A stretch of 64,000 nt of DNA from Macrostomum hystrix. Taxonomy: Eukaryota > Animalia > Platyhelminthes. Both the position numbers and the translations under genes were made by a program. This document shows positions 52,545 through 64,000 of the stretch, piece by piece (position 1 is the first letter of the stretch; each line of letters begins with the position of its first letter). The notes under the pieces were generated by a model that worked only from the letters and a program-made list of their open reading frames with translations, had not been told where the DNA came from and made no database searches. The stretch covers positions 1,798,001-1,862,000 of the forward strand of contig CATNEN010000012.1 of NCBI GenBank assembly GCA_950097015.1, written 5' to 3'.

Positions 52545-53315
52545 CTTATGGTAAGTAGATCCAAATGGTAAAGTAGATCCCTAATGGTAAAGTAGATCCC
52601 TGTTGGGAAGAAGTTATCTATTAGTAAGTAGATCTCTAATGGGAAAGTAGATCCCCAATGGTAAGTAGGTCCCTAATGGGAAAGTGGATCCCTATTAGGA
52701 AAGTAGATCCCTATTAGGAAAGTAGATCCCTATCGGGACAGTAGATCCCTAATAGTAAAGTAGATCCCTATCGGGAAAGTATATCCCTAATGGGAAAGTA
52801 TATCCCTAATGGGAAAGTATATCCCTAATGGGAAAGTATATCCCTAATGGGAAAGTATATCCCTAATGGGAAAGTATATCCCTAATGGGAAAGTAGATCC
52901 CTATTGGGAAAGTAGATCCCTAATGGGAAAGTATATCCCTAATGGGAAAGTAGATCCCTATTGGGAAAGTAGATCCCTAATGGGAAAGTATATCCCTAAT
53001 GGGAAAGTATATCCCTAATGGGAAAGTATATCCCTAATGGGAAAGTATATCCCTAATGGGAAAGTAGATCCCTATTGGGAAAGTAGATCCCTAATGGGAA
53101 AGTGGATCCCTATTAGGAAAGTAGATCCCTAATGGGAAAGTGGATCCCTATTAGGAAAGTAGATCCCTAATGGGAAAGTAGATCCCTATTGGGAAAGTAG
53201 ATCCCTAATGGGAAAGTGGATCCCTATTGGGAAAGTAGATCCCTATTGGGAAAGTAGATCCCTATTGGGAAAGTGGATCCCTATTAGGAAAGTAGATCCC
53301 CAATGAGAAAGTAGA
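52545..53315. repeat. 19-bp minisatellite (GGGAAAGTAGATCCCTAAT)
   Basis: About 40 units. Confidence 0.96.
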
Positions 53316-53536
53316 AAAAACACAGATGATCCTAGATAGGGATCTAGCAAAGTAGATCCCTATAATTTTGACAAGAATACTATAGCTAAAATGGTGCAGA
53401 AGATTATAACAATATGAATTGCATTCATGTAACTAAAAGGAACACTATTCTGCGCCGCGTAGCTAAAGTCAGTCTTTCTCCACCATCAAAATCCAAAATA
53501 TACTAAAATCGCGAATTGGCTCATTGTATTTTGCTT

Positions 53537-53809
53537 TTATTCTCTGGTCTTCCGGCTGCGCCCAGTGACCTTCATGACGCAGGTGACCATGGCCCAGATA
53601 AAGAACAGGATGCTGTACATCACAGGCAGAGCGATGGCCAGGTGGTACCACTGGTTAAATTCGGTTGTGTCGTAGTGAACAAACAGTTTTACGGCATCCG
53701 CGTCAACGTTGGCCCCGCGCAGGGTGACGGCCTGGACCGGGGAGGTCAGCATCTGGCACACGGCTGCAGCAACCAGGGCGGCAAGCCACACTCCAGCACA
53801 AGAAAGCAT
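53537..53809 (-). CDS. Orphan 90-aa single-pass membrane microprotein with signal peptide
   Basis: MLSCAGVWLAALVAAAVCQMLTSPVQA (signal peptide), ~30-aa ectodomain, TM LAIALPVMYSILFFIWAMVTCVM, basic tail KVTGRSRKTRE. A GC-rich coding-like island. A 5' UTR exon ends at 55181 (AG|GTAAGT) with an in-frame upstream stop; the acceptor is at ~53817-53820. Confidence 0.65.
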   Translation of the reverse strand: MLSCAGVWLAALVAAAVCQMLTSPVQAVTLRGANVDADAVKLFVHYDTTEFNQWYHLAIALPVMYSILFFIWAMVTCVMKVTGRSRKTRE

Positions 53810-53904
53810 TGCGATTCTGCTGGCGCATTGTTGAATCGGAAATCACTAATTATGGGTCAGTATCAGCTGCCTCGACTTCATAAACTCATTAACTTGTTAC
53901 ATTC

Positions 53905-55177
53905 GTTAATCTGTTAGACTCATTCACCTGTTAGATTGATTAACCTGTTAGACTCATTCACCTGTTAGATTGATTAACCTGTTATACTCATGTACCTGTT
54001 AGACTCATGTACCTGTTAGACTGATGTACCTGTTAGATTGATTAACCTGTTAGACTCATTTACCTGTTAGATTGATTAACCTGTTATACTCATGTACCTG
54101 TTAGACTCATGTACCTGTTAGACTCATGTACCTGTTAGATTGATTAACCTGTTATACTCATGTACCTGTTAGACTCATGTACCTGTTAGACTCATGTACC
54201 TGTTAGATTGATTAACCTGTTAGACTCATTTACCTGTAGAATTGATTAACCTGTTAGACTGATTAACTTTTTAGACTAATTAACCTGTTAGACTGATTAA
54301 CCTGTTAGACTGTTAACCTGTTAGACTGATTAACCCGTTCGACTCATGTACCTGTTAGACTCATGTACCTGTTAGACTCATGTACCTGTTAGACTCATGT
54401 ACCTGTTAGACTCATGTACCTGTTAGACTCATGTACCTGTTAGACTATTGTACCTGTTAGACTCATGTACCTGTTAGACTCATGTACCTGTTATACTCAT
54501 GTACCTGTTAGACTCATGTACCTGTTAGACTCATGTACCTGTTAGACTCATGTACCTGTTAGACTCATGTACCTGTTAGACTCATGTACCTGTTAGACTC
54601 TTGTACCTGTTAGACTATTGTACCTGTTAGACTCATGTACCTGTTAGACTCATGTACCTGTTAGATTGATTGATCTGTTATACTCATGTACCTGTTAGAC
54701 TCATGTACCTGTTAGACTCATGTACCTGTTAGATTGATTGATCTGTTATACTCATGTACCTGTTAGACTCATGTACCTGTTAGACTCATGTACCTGTTAG
54801 ACTCATGTACCTGTTAGACTCATGTACCTGTTAGATTGATTGATCTGTTATACTCATGTACCTGTTAGACTCATGTACCTGTTAGACTCTTGTACCTGTT
54901 AGACTCATGTACCTGTTAGACTCTTGTACCTGTTAGACTCATGTACCTGTTAGACTCTTGTACCTGTTAGATTGATTGATCTGTTATACTCATGTACCTG
55001 TTAGACTCATGTACCTGTTAGACTCATGTACCTGTTAGACTCATGTACCTGTTAGACTCATGTACCTGTTAGACTCATGTACCTGTTAGACTCATGTACC
55101 TGTTAGACTCATGTACCTGTTAGACTCATGTACCTGTTAGACTCATGTACCTGTTAGACTCATGTACCTGTTAGACT
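53905..55177. repeat. 17-bp minisatellite (GACTCATGTACCTGTTA)
   Basis: About 75 units filling the 5' UTR intron of the microprotein gene. Confidence 0.97.
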
Positions 55178-56619
55178 TACCTTTGAATGAAGACGAGAAG
55201 CAAGCAGATCACAGGTGGGTTTTGTCGTGTTCAGCTTGCCCGACTAGCAAAGTCTCTCTCTTGTCCTTATTTATCGCGAATTGAGCAATGGTGTTTCTTA
55301 TATTCACAGCAGATCCGACTAGGCCGTTGCTCTTGTTTCGCAAGCGAATTTGCCGGTCTGTGAATCAATTATGCTAATTAGGTAGGCATGCGGAACGCGA
55401 ATTTTCCGGGCCAACACTGCAGGAAGCCCGGAATTAGAAATGAGATTTAGCAGTTCCAAAGCAGTGGTAATTCTTCTTCATTGGGCTTCCGCTATTTAAA
55501 AGAAATCTAGCAAAGTCAGTCGTTCGTCTCCACTTTCATTTAGTTGGTTATATTATGCATGCACATTTTTTCGGCACATAGATGCTTAGCGCCTACTGTC
55601 AGTAGAGCGATGCGAAAATGACGAGATAGTGAAAATTTAAAGTGAGCCATGGATGGCCTTCACGGTAATTGAATCCGTGGTGAGGCGGGTACTGTTAGGT
55701 ATCTTAACTGTCGGAGTGACAAAAATATGCTCAAATATTTATTCTCTGATGCAGCCGCACGACTTCAAATAACACAATCGCAGCAATGGTGGAGTAAGAA
55801 TTTGCGGGCACTTCGTGATCAGCAATGTCTTTGCTTAATTGGAAAATACTTCATAGAAAAATCCGGTTAGTGTTACGCAAATGTACGAGCTAAATCATGC
55901 AATTAATTTGAGCAATTGTTGAAAGAATTACGGATTGTAGAGGAAGAAGGGGGGTGGAGAGGGAGTGAGGGGAGGGAGAGGGGAGAGGGAGAGAGAGGGA
56001 GGTAAGGGAGGGAGAGAGGAGAGAGGAGAGGGATATAAGGGAGGGAGAGAGGAGAGGGGAGAGTGGTTTGAAAACTGAGCTGAAGGCTTCAAAAACCAAG
56101 CACAATGCTTTGAGCAGAAGAAGGTATGAGCGCCCAGAAGGCAAGGGAGACGGATGGCAGAGCGAGCGAGACTGAAGTAGACAAAGAACAGAAGGCCAGT
56201 GGGGAGCATTAATTGCCTGTCAAATCAGGCCCCAGAAGCTTTGATTGATGGACAAGATAAGCTTTGCCAAACTGGAAGTCACGCGACGTGCTCCAAGAAA
56301 TAGGCCATTAATTTTTCGTTGTTCAAAGAGCAACAATTATACGGTGTTTGTGGGAAGCAGCAATTTTCCAAGTGGGATTTTTCTGCCGAGATCATTTGTC
56401 TATGGCCCCAATCGAACTCACGCAGTGCGTGTGGCTTTTCTTCATGGACTTCTTTGGCTAGCATCTAGCTGGATGCATGCCAGAAGTAAGATACTAGCTA
56501 CAGAAGTCCATGATAAGAAGATAAGGACGCGAAAAATGCATGGATGAGATAGGAGAGAATTCTAGAAGTCGTCTGAGAATGTCTTTCAAACTATCTGCAT
56601 CCTATCTGCATCTATCAAT

Positions 56620-56995
56620 ATCGTAAAAAGCAAGATCGAGATCTATCAATATCTTAAAAAGCAAGATCTAGATCTATCAATATCGTAAAATGCAAGATCG
56701 AGATCTATCAATATCTTAAAAAGCAAGATCTAGATCTATCAATATCTTAAAAAGCAAGATCTAGATCTACCAATATCTTAAAAAGCAAGATCGAGATCTA
56801 TCAATATCTTAAAAAGCAAGATCTAGATCTATCAATATCTTAAAAAGCAAGATCTAGATCTATCAGTATCTTAAAAAACTAGATCTAGATCTATCAATAT
56901 CTTAAAAAACTAGATCTAGATCTATCAATATCTTAAAAAACTAGATCTAGATCTATCAATATCTTAAAAAGCAAGATCTAGATCTATCAACATAT
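56620..56995. repeat. 31-bp minisatellite (AGATCTATCAATATCTTAAAAAGCAAGATCT)
   Basis: About 12 units. Confidence 0.95.
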
Positions 56996-57710
56996 AAAAA
57001 GTCTAGTCGCGGGAAAGTTCAGACAGTGTCTGGCATCATGTCCAGATGTTTAAGCATGATTGACAATCAGCCTCAAATTACGCAGCCGCTCTTCAGAAGA
57101 TCAGAATACTCGTAGAAGCTAATCGGTGGCTAGGCCGGTAGGCAAGCATGTGGCGAGGCTCTCAGACAAAAATTACCTGAGCAAATAATCCTCATTCGAC
57201 TGCTGCAGCTGAAATTTTTGCCCTAATCGACAGCTTCAAGAACGAGAAATAGAATGAGCAAGCAAGGTCAGAATTTGAATGATTTTTTTATCTATAATCA
57301 AATGTACTTTAGAAGGCCGATATAAACTGTTAGCTGCAGTTTACACATACGCGTGTTGTCGTGCTATCTAGGTTTGTACTTCTACAGCTGCTTATGGATT
57401 GAAGAATTTTCAGATTTTCAGTGGTGAACAACAATGGAGCTGCTGCTTTTAATTGGATGCCACAGAGAATTTCAAGTAGCTGATATCGAGACTGGGTTTA
57501 ACAATTAGTCTGGGCGTCAAACAATGCGACTAAAATTTCTGAGCTCTTCCTCTTGTGGCCCTCCGTTTCCAGGCTTGGAGTTGATTTCCATTCTCCCGAA
57601 CAACCAACCAAACAATCTGCTTGCTGAGGAAATTCAATTAGCCTTGTTGACTAACACATCAGTCTGGCCTTCTGTAACTGGCTCATTGTGCCTCAGTCAG
57701 TAGAAGAAAA

Positions 57711-58220
57711 GAATGGAATTGAATGGAATAGAATGGAATAGAATGGAATAGAATGGAATAGAATGGAATAGAATGGAATAGAATGGAATAGAATGGAATA
57801 GAATGGAATAGAATGGAATAGAATGGAATAGAATGGAATAGAATGGAATAGAATGGAATAGAATGGAATAGAATGGAATAGAATGGAATAGAATGGAATA
57901 GAATGGAATAGAATGGAATAGAATGGAATAGAATGGAATAGAATGGAATAGAATGGAATAGAATGGAATAGAATGGAATAGAATGGAATAGAATGGAATA
58001 GAATGGAATAGAATGGAATAGAATGGAATAGAATGGAATAGAATGGAATAGAATGGAATAGAATGGAATAGAATGGAATAGAATGGAATAGAATGGAATA
58101 GAATGGAATAGAATGGAATAGAATGGAATAGAATGGAATAGAATGGAATAGAATGGAATAGAATGGAATAGAATGGAATAGAATGGAATAGAATGGAATA
58201 GAATGGAATAGAATGGAATA
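57711..58220. repeat. (GAATGGAATA)n simple satellite
   Basis: 51 units, perfect except the first. Confidence 0.99.
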
Positions 58221-59239
58221 GGATTGCTTGGACGGATTTTGTTAGGCAATGAGCTTTTTTGAGGAGGGCCTTGATAAAATGTCGAGGGGAAGAGGGAGAC
58301 AGCATGGAGGGGGTGGCCGTTTGGGAAGGCACATAGCGGACTTGGCGAGATGGGAAGGAGGCTGAGAACCCGGATAGGGAGGAAGGCGTGGGTTGGGTGG
58401 GAGACGGGACAGATTATGTGGGGATCCGACGGGAAGCCTGGAGCCTTTAAAAAGCCTTCCTCACCATTTTCGCTCTCAGCTTTCCTATCTGCCTGCTTGG
58501 CCTTGGAAAATCTTCTGGCAGACACGTTTTCCATAGTTGAAAGAGGAAAAAGGAGAGAATTAACGAATCTAGCCGTGTCTCAACAGTTCTGCTGCGAGTT
58601 TCCGCAACAGCGGCTTGTCTTTTGTTGAAGCAAGGGCTGAGGAAAGTACACAGGAGGTAAGGGATTACGCAAATGCGAGTTCAGTTTTTTGGTTGTCTCT
58701 CATCTTTAAGTTGGTTATTATCAGTGTCTTCTAGTAATTTTCTGTCTTTTCTATTCTTAATCTTAGGGGAGATGAGACATGAGGCATCGGGGCCAACGGA
58801 TAAATATACGCCGGGAGGGGGGTAGACACGGCAAGGGGCAGACAAATCGGCCACAGCCAATCACACGCGCTCAAGGGGTTGGAAAAATGCTGGCGTAAGC
58901 CTCACCCTAGTCGCCCGGGCCAGCCAATCGCGGCCCTGCAAAGCGAGCCACCAAGAGAGAGAAAAATGAGAGAGAGATGAGAGAGAGACAGCACGCAAGA
59001 GGGACAGGCGGACAAAATTCCCATGTATTAATAAAACGAGCACCCATAGGTGGCGTGTGCGTTTTATTAATAATACTCGTATTTGATAATATGTATTTTT
59101 CCTTCTCGCCTCCGCTCTCCTACGCTCGTATCTAGTCTCTCAATTTTTACTTCTGCTTTGTGTGTCTTCTTTCTGCATCCCGTTTTCCCGATCTTTTTTC
59201 TAGCTTGTCGATCCGCAATCCGCCAGTGCCGCAGCTTCA

Positions 59240-62200
59240 ATGCAGCAGCAGCAGCAGCAGCAGCAGTCGGCGGCAGCTGTGGCTTATGTCGCAGCGCAGT
59301 CGGCAGTCTATGGTGGCACCGCTCTGGAGATGACGGAGCGCTCCAAGATACTCAGAAATGCCGACCAGCCCAGGGTGAGCGAAACTCGGAATTCCCAGAT
59401 GAGAAAAATGCCTCGATTCTTCCTAATTTATGACAGGTCTATCTAAAATTTCTTAGCTAGACACACTCCTAGCCTTCCTGGTCAGACACTGATTAACAGC
59501 TCGCAACCAGGGCTGGGGGGGGGAGTTTTTCACAAAAGAAGAATAATTGAAGCAGAACAAGTGCGGAAATTAAAGGGACTGGGACAAAAGAAACTGAGCA
59601 GCAGCAGCAGCAGCGTACGAGAATAAGTGTTCCATATTCTAACACATACGCCGTCAGTCCTTATCGATGCCTCTAGAAAACTTTCCTTCCTATTCAGAGT
59701 ACGGACATAGGGCAGGCCCTCTACAGAAAAAAAAATACTTTGGCTATCGGGGGGGGGTGACGACGGGCACGCTTTACCGGGGATGAAAGGAGGCAAAGGA
59801 AAATGGGATTTCTTATTTATTTTTTGTCGCTTGTAGACAGGAGGAATGAATGCACGGCGACCAGCCAAAGGGGGGGAGGGAGGGTTTGAACTGAGTCGGC
59901 AGACCCGACTCGAGTGCGGAGATATTTGGGAAACGGTTTGGCTCTTGGGGCATTGATCAATAGTGGGACATGTACTGGGCTTGAGTAGGAGAACCGGGCG
60001 CTGCCCTCGGACATTGCTGGCCGCGGCAAGATGGGAAAAAAGGGTGGAAGCAGAAAAATAGGAGGAAAAATATGTTCATCATCAATTCCTTATCCCTGTC
60101 CCCGATAGAAGAAGAAAATGATGGAGGATAAGGCTCTAGGAAAAAAATTTGGTGGTGTCTACCTGTATTGCTATCCACCTGCTGGCCGATCTCTCAAAGC
60201 ATTGGCCTGTACTTGTCTGTAACTCGGGACACCCCTCACTCTCCTGTCTGTATCTGTACCTATCTGTATCTGAGAGAAAAGCTCTTTTAGAAAAAAGATA
60301 AGAGTGTTGACCGGTTTTCCCATTTTGTCTATCAGTCTCTCCGAAAGCTGTTTGCTAAAAAAAAGATTTTTTATACTTATAGTTACATTACGAAGGGCTG
60401 GAAGCAGTCCTCAATGCAGCCATAACCCAGGAGTTGGTAAACTAAGACAGTTTTGGGTCAGCTGAGCACTGCGGACTGCCGCCACGCAAGTTTATCCTAG
60501 ATTGAGTGCAGTTGTATTTACTCGATACACGATGCAGTATTCACTAGCACAAGATCCACTAATGGATTGGGCTGGAGACTCACGAGCCTACAACTGCTGT
60601 ATAGTATTGAATGACTTCAGTAGGACAAGCCATGCAAGTTAGGAACCCAAAAATAATCCCTATTCCCGAGTGGGTATACACACTGTACTTTAATTTTATT
60701 TGATCTTACTGCAAAAAGTTCCTGGGATATCTGAGATGTCAGCGATTTCAGGGATTGAGTCTGTGATGCTGTAGTGACTGATTGATTCTGTAAGACTTAA
60801 ATGACAGGTGTTGAGCCCGCAGTTTAGTATTTCTACAAAAAAGACCGGACACCACACCTGTCACCTCATTGAAGAGCTTCGATACTGGCACCTCGTTGGG
60901 CTCGCCAACCTCATCAGCGGCTCCGGACTGGGATCCGAGCAAAGCGGCGGCTGCGGCGGCGGCAGCAGAGGAAGAAGGCGAGGAACTGCGCTCCAGCCTT
61001 CCGATGACAGCCTTTAACGTCATCAACTCCATCATTGGGTCGGGCATTATAGGTGAGAAAATATAACTCAAACGCAATTTTCCAACTGTAGTTTGAAGGT
61101 TGAGCCCTGTTCAGCTTGGGCTAAGAATTTCGCATATTGGCCTGTTTACTTTGCCGAGCTTACTGACCAATAGGCGTCAAGGGAGAGCCACGGAATCAGG
61201 TGGAGCATTTCTGAGGGGTAGGGAATTTTTTACTTGGCTGTTTACTTTGCCGAGCTAACTGACCAATAGGCGTCAATGGAGGACACGGAGTGAGGTGGTG
61301 CTTATCTAAGGGCAAGATTGGCTTTCTTGTCTATGGTCGAGTGTTTTATGGTTCTATGGCAGTGGCTGCTTCTGCAGTGAATGACTGTATTCTCAACGCG
61401 ATTGACTTTATTCTCAACTTGGCTGACAAAAGGCTATACCACAGAATACAGTGTATTCTGTGGGCTATACTAAATATAAAATAGACAGCACATTCCAAGA
61501 ACTAAAAGCTGTGCAAAGCTGTGCAGTCCCAGCCAAGTTAGCCATAACCCGAAAATTAAGATATAGTCAGCCCTAAGTCTGTTGCTTCAGTCCAATCTAA
61601 AGTATATTGCGATCGGGGGCAAAGTAGGACTACCGGCTGTGAGAACACGCTGGTTGGCCCGCACTGATTAATTGCATTTATGCCGAGGTGCGGGTGCACG
61701 CCACTGTCCCCTCCGCCCTCGCCTGCCTCATCCTCAGCCGGCCGACAACTCCCAGAGTCCCAGCCCATGCATTTTAATTTGCGCCTCCCAGCGACCTCGG
61801 CCCTCCATCGCTGCACTTTACTTATTTATATTATTTATTATCCCACAACTTGCTCTCAATTTGACTCAGATTTTTTACCTAGCTAAGACAAAACGGTGAG
61901 GGATGAGTGGCAGAGCGGTTAAAGCGTTTGCCTCTCGCACCAAGGTCCCTGAGCTCGATTCCGCGGTGAGGCCACATTCATTTGGGGCGCAGACGCGGAG
62001 AGAAGGCTTGGGGGCTTGTCGTGCAATTTAAGCCCCTGAGGGCCAACCTCTAAGGCACAGTGAGAGCGTACACTGCCTGACGATGAGAAAGTCAGGGCAG
62101 ATGTACACACCTGTGTGAGTGTGTGCCTGCGTGTGCTCAGGAGTCAGCGAAATGGGGATAATTGCCTCCTCGCTGGCTGCAGGTCTGGTGTCACCAAATA

Positions 62201-64000
62201 ATGTGCCATTGCCCGCAGCCCTCCTGCAATTATTATTATTAAGACGTTGGGAAATTTTGTCAGGCACGTGTGTAGAATGAGGTGCGCCTGTGACCCCGAT
62301 TAGAGCCTTAAAAGTGCAACGGGGGATATACTGTTTCAGCAGCTCTCTATGCAACAGCTGCCGCATTAGGAATTTGATCCCATTTTTGGCCAAAAGAGGA
62401 TATTTCTACTTTGGCTGGTGTTTTTTTCTAGCTGATGACAACGGGTTCCTCTCCCCTGCCATCCCCTTTCTCCTCTGCGACTAAATCCCCCCCCCGATTT
62501 CTTCATCCCCTCGCCAGCTGCTGCGAGTGTGTTCCCGCTGTTCTCAGGGGACGCTGGGGACTTTTCGGATTGACCTCCCCTACCCGGTCCTCAGCTCTGA
62601 TGGGGCTGTAAATCTGAGCGCCCCGCCATCCGGCTTCTTCTGCAGCTCCCCCCCTCTCCCATCCCCCAATGCCTCAATTCTCCCATCAACTTCAAATTGT
62701 GCCGCTAGGAGGATGAGACGGAATATGCAGAAATCCCCCACACCGATCCCCTCCCTTTGCCCCAATTCACCTACGGCTTCGCCTCGTCCGCGCGCATCCA
62801 CTGAGTGAGGCACGAACTAGGATTGCTAAGGAAGAGGAGCAGGGCAGTAGGAAAACTGGGGATTAGAGTAGCGGGGTATCAGATGGGATTCTGAGGCACG
62901 TATATTATCCCGGCTAGCCAGACTAGCTAGCTATCCTGTAATTTTCTTCGTCTCTTTCAGAAATATTCTTTTCCTAATGCTCGATTTTGATCGCTCCCGG
63001 CCTAGCATTTCAGCAGTGAGTCCTTAGCAGAGAGATGCTAGTAGAATGTTTTAATCTAGTCTTTCCTATCATTTCTAATTCTTCTATATCCGGTTTGTTA
63101 CAAAAATGTAGGCACTGTGTACTCTGGCTAAGAGAGCCTTTGAATTTTTTAACTGTTCTAAAGACTTGATATTTTCCGCTACAGGGTCGAGAGAAAGTGG
63201 GGTGGTGGGTGCCGCTACAGGGTCGAGAGAAAGTGGGGTGGTGGGTGCCGCTACAGGGTCGAGAGAAAGTGGGGTGGTGGGTGCCGCTACAGGGTCGAGA
63301 GAAAGTGGGGTTGTGGGTGCCGCTACAGCGTCGAGAGAAAGTGGGGTGGTGGGTGCCGCTACAGCATCGAGAGAAAGTGGGGTGGTGGGTGCCGTTACAG
63401 CGTCGAGAGAAAGTGGGGTTGTGGGTGCCGCTACAGGGTCGAGAGAAAGTGGGGTGGTGGGTGCCGTTACAGCGTCGAGAGAAAGTGGGGTTGTGGGTGC
63501 CGCTACATGGTCGAGAGAAATTGGGGCGATGTCGAAAAAATGAACAGCTTAATGGTTAGCTTATGTATGTATTTGAAGGGTTTTGATTTCAAGATAATTA
63601 AATTTTGAAATATTTCAGTGCAGCAACTGCATTCTGAATAGGCCTTTCCTCATGAAGCCCTCAATAAACTAATTAGAACGGCACCGGATGCATTTAATCT
63701 AATGCTTTTCTTTAAATCTATTTGCCCGCAAATCCTTTGAAATCACATTTCCGTTTTTTCCTTTCATCCCTATGAATTAGCATGAGATCTACTTCTTCAT
63801 ATAAGTCTTAGGACTCTTGTTGAGATCTGTGCTCACTGTTAATTAAAAGCCTATATTGCGGTCGAATGCATTGTCATATTTCTAACCTGATCCCACGCTC
63901 TCGCAGGTATGCCCTACGCGCTGAAAAGCTCCGGCGTTGGGCTTGGCCTACTACTATTAGTACTAATATCGGTCATCACTGACTATTCAGTCAATCTAAT
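59240..64000 (+). CDS. SLC38A11: Putative sodium-coupled neutral amino acid transporter (SLC38A11-like), exons 1-3; continues beyond the right edge
   Basis: Exons 59240-59374 (MQQQQQQQQSAAAV...), 60875-61052 (...AFNVINSIIGSGII) and 63907-end (GMPYALKSSGVGLGLLLLVLISVITDYSVNL). Phases 0/1 are consistent. FNVINSIIGSGIIGMPY is characteristic of SLC38A11. Confidence 0.85.
61905..62240 (+). mobile_element. SINE family A, copy 7 (full length, (ATT)n tail)
   Basis: A box TGGCAGAGCGG, B-box-like GCTCGATTCC, complete body and tail; lies in an SLC38A11 intron. Confidence 0.9.
63170..63525. repeat. 36-bp minisatellite (GAGAGAAAGTGGGGTGGTGGGTGCCGCTACAGGGTC)
   Basis: About 10 units in an SLC38A11 intron. 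Confidence 0.95.

Noticed and set aside
56080-57500. Scattered exon-like segments (e.g. MLAKEVHEEKPHAL at 56464-56422, LQQSNEDYLLR at ~57211-57180)
   Set aside because: They have plausible splice signals, but I could not build a consistent gene model or recognise any homology.
57683-58534. 283-aa ORF with a plausible-looking N-terminus
   Set aside because: Most of it is the (GAATGGAATA)n tract; I could not link the N-terminal part to downstream exons.
62077-62100. Hammerhead-like CTGACGA...GAAA in SINE A
   Set aside because: Only 3 nt for stem II, no stem III and no NUH adjacent to stem I. It is fully explained by a simple hairpin (CTGCCTGAC/GTCAGGGCAG), and the motif is not conserved across copies.

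Overview
Eukaryotic (animal, invertebrate) genomic DNA with GT-AG spliced genes; no prokaryotic features such as CRISPR or rRNA. GC-rich exons with poly-Gln/Ala/Gly tracts and introns packed with minisatellites suggest a free-living flatworm such as Macrostomum (inference only). Eight genes were reconstructed by hand with exon phases checked: an STK32/YANK kinase (minus, runs off the left edge), PACSIN/syndapin (minus), TTLL9 (plus), an SLC35F3/F4-like transporter (plus), a ~1310-aa type I membrane protein with two catalytically dead cholinesterase-like domains (plus), a Ly6/three-finger protein (plus), an orphan 90-aa membrane microprotein (minus) and SLC38A11 (plus, runs off the right edge). 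Repeats include about 30 distinct tandem arrays, a tRNA-derived SINE (7 copies), a CORE-type SINE (4 copies), a TTAA-flanked MITE (3 copies), an IR/DR foldback element and a possible MULE remnant. Most long ORFs in the supplied track are tandem-repeat artefacts. The best leads are the double-domain neuroligin-like receptor next to a three-finger gene, an exact HDV-ribozyme P3/L3 motif inside the SINE, an inverted MITE pair bracketing three PACSIN exons, and intronic arrays built from CTAACAG|GT splice-site-like units. Repeat coordinates are approximate.
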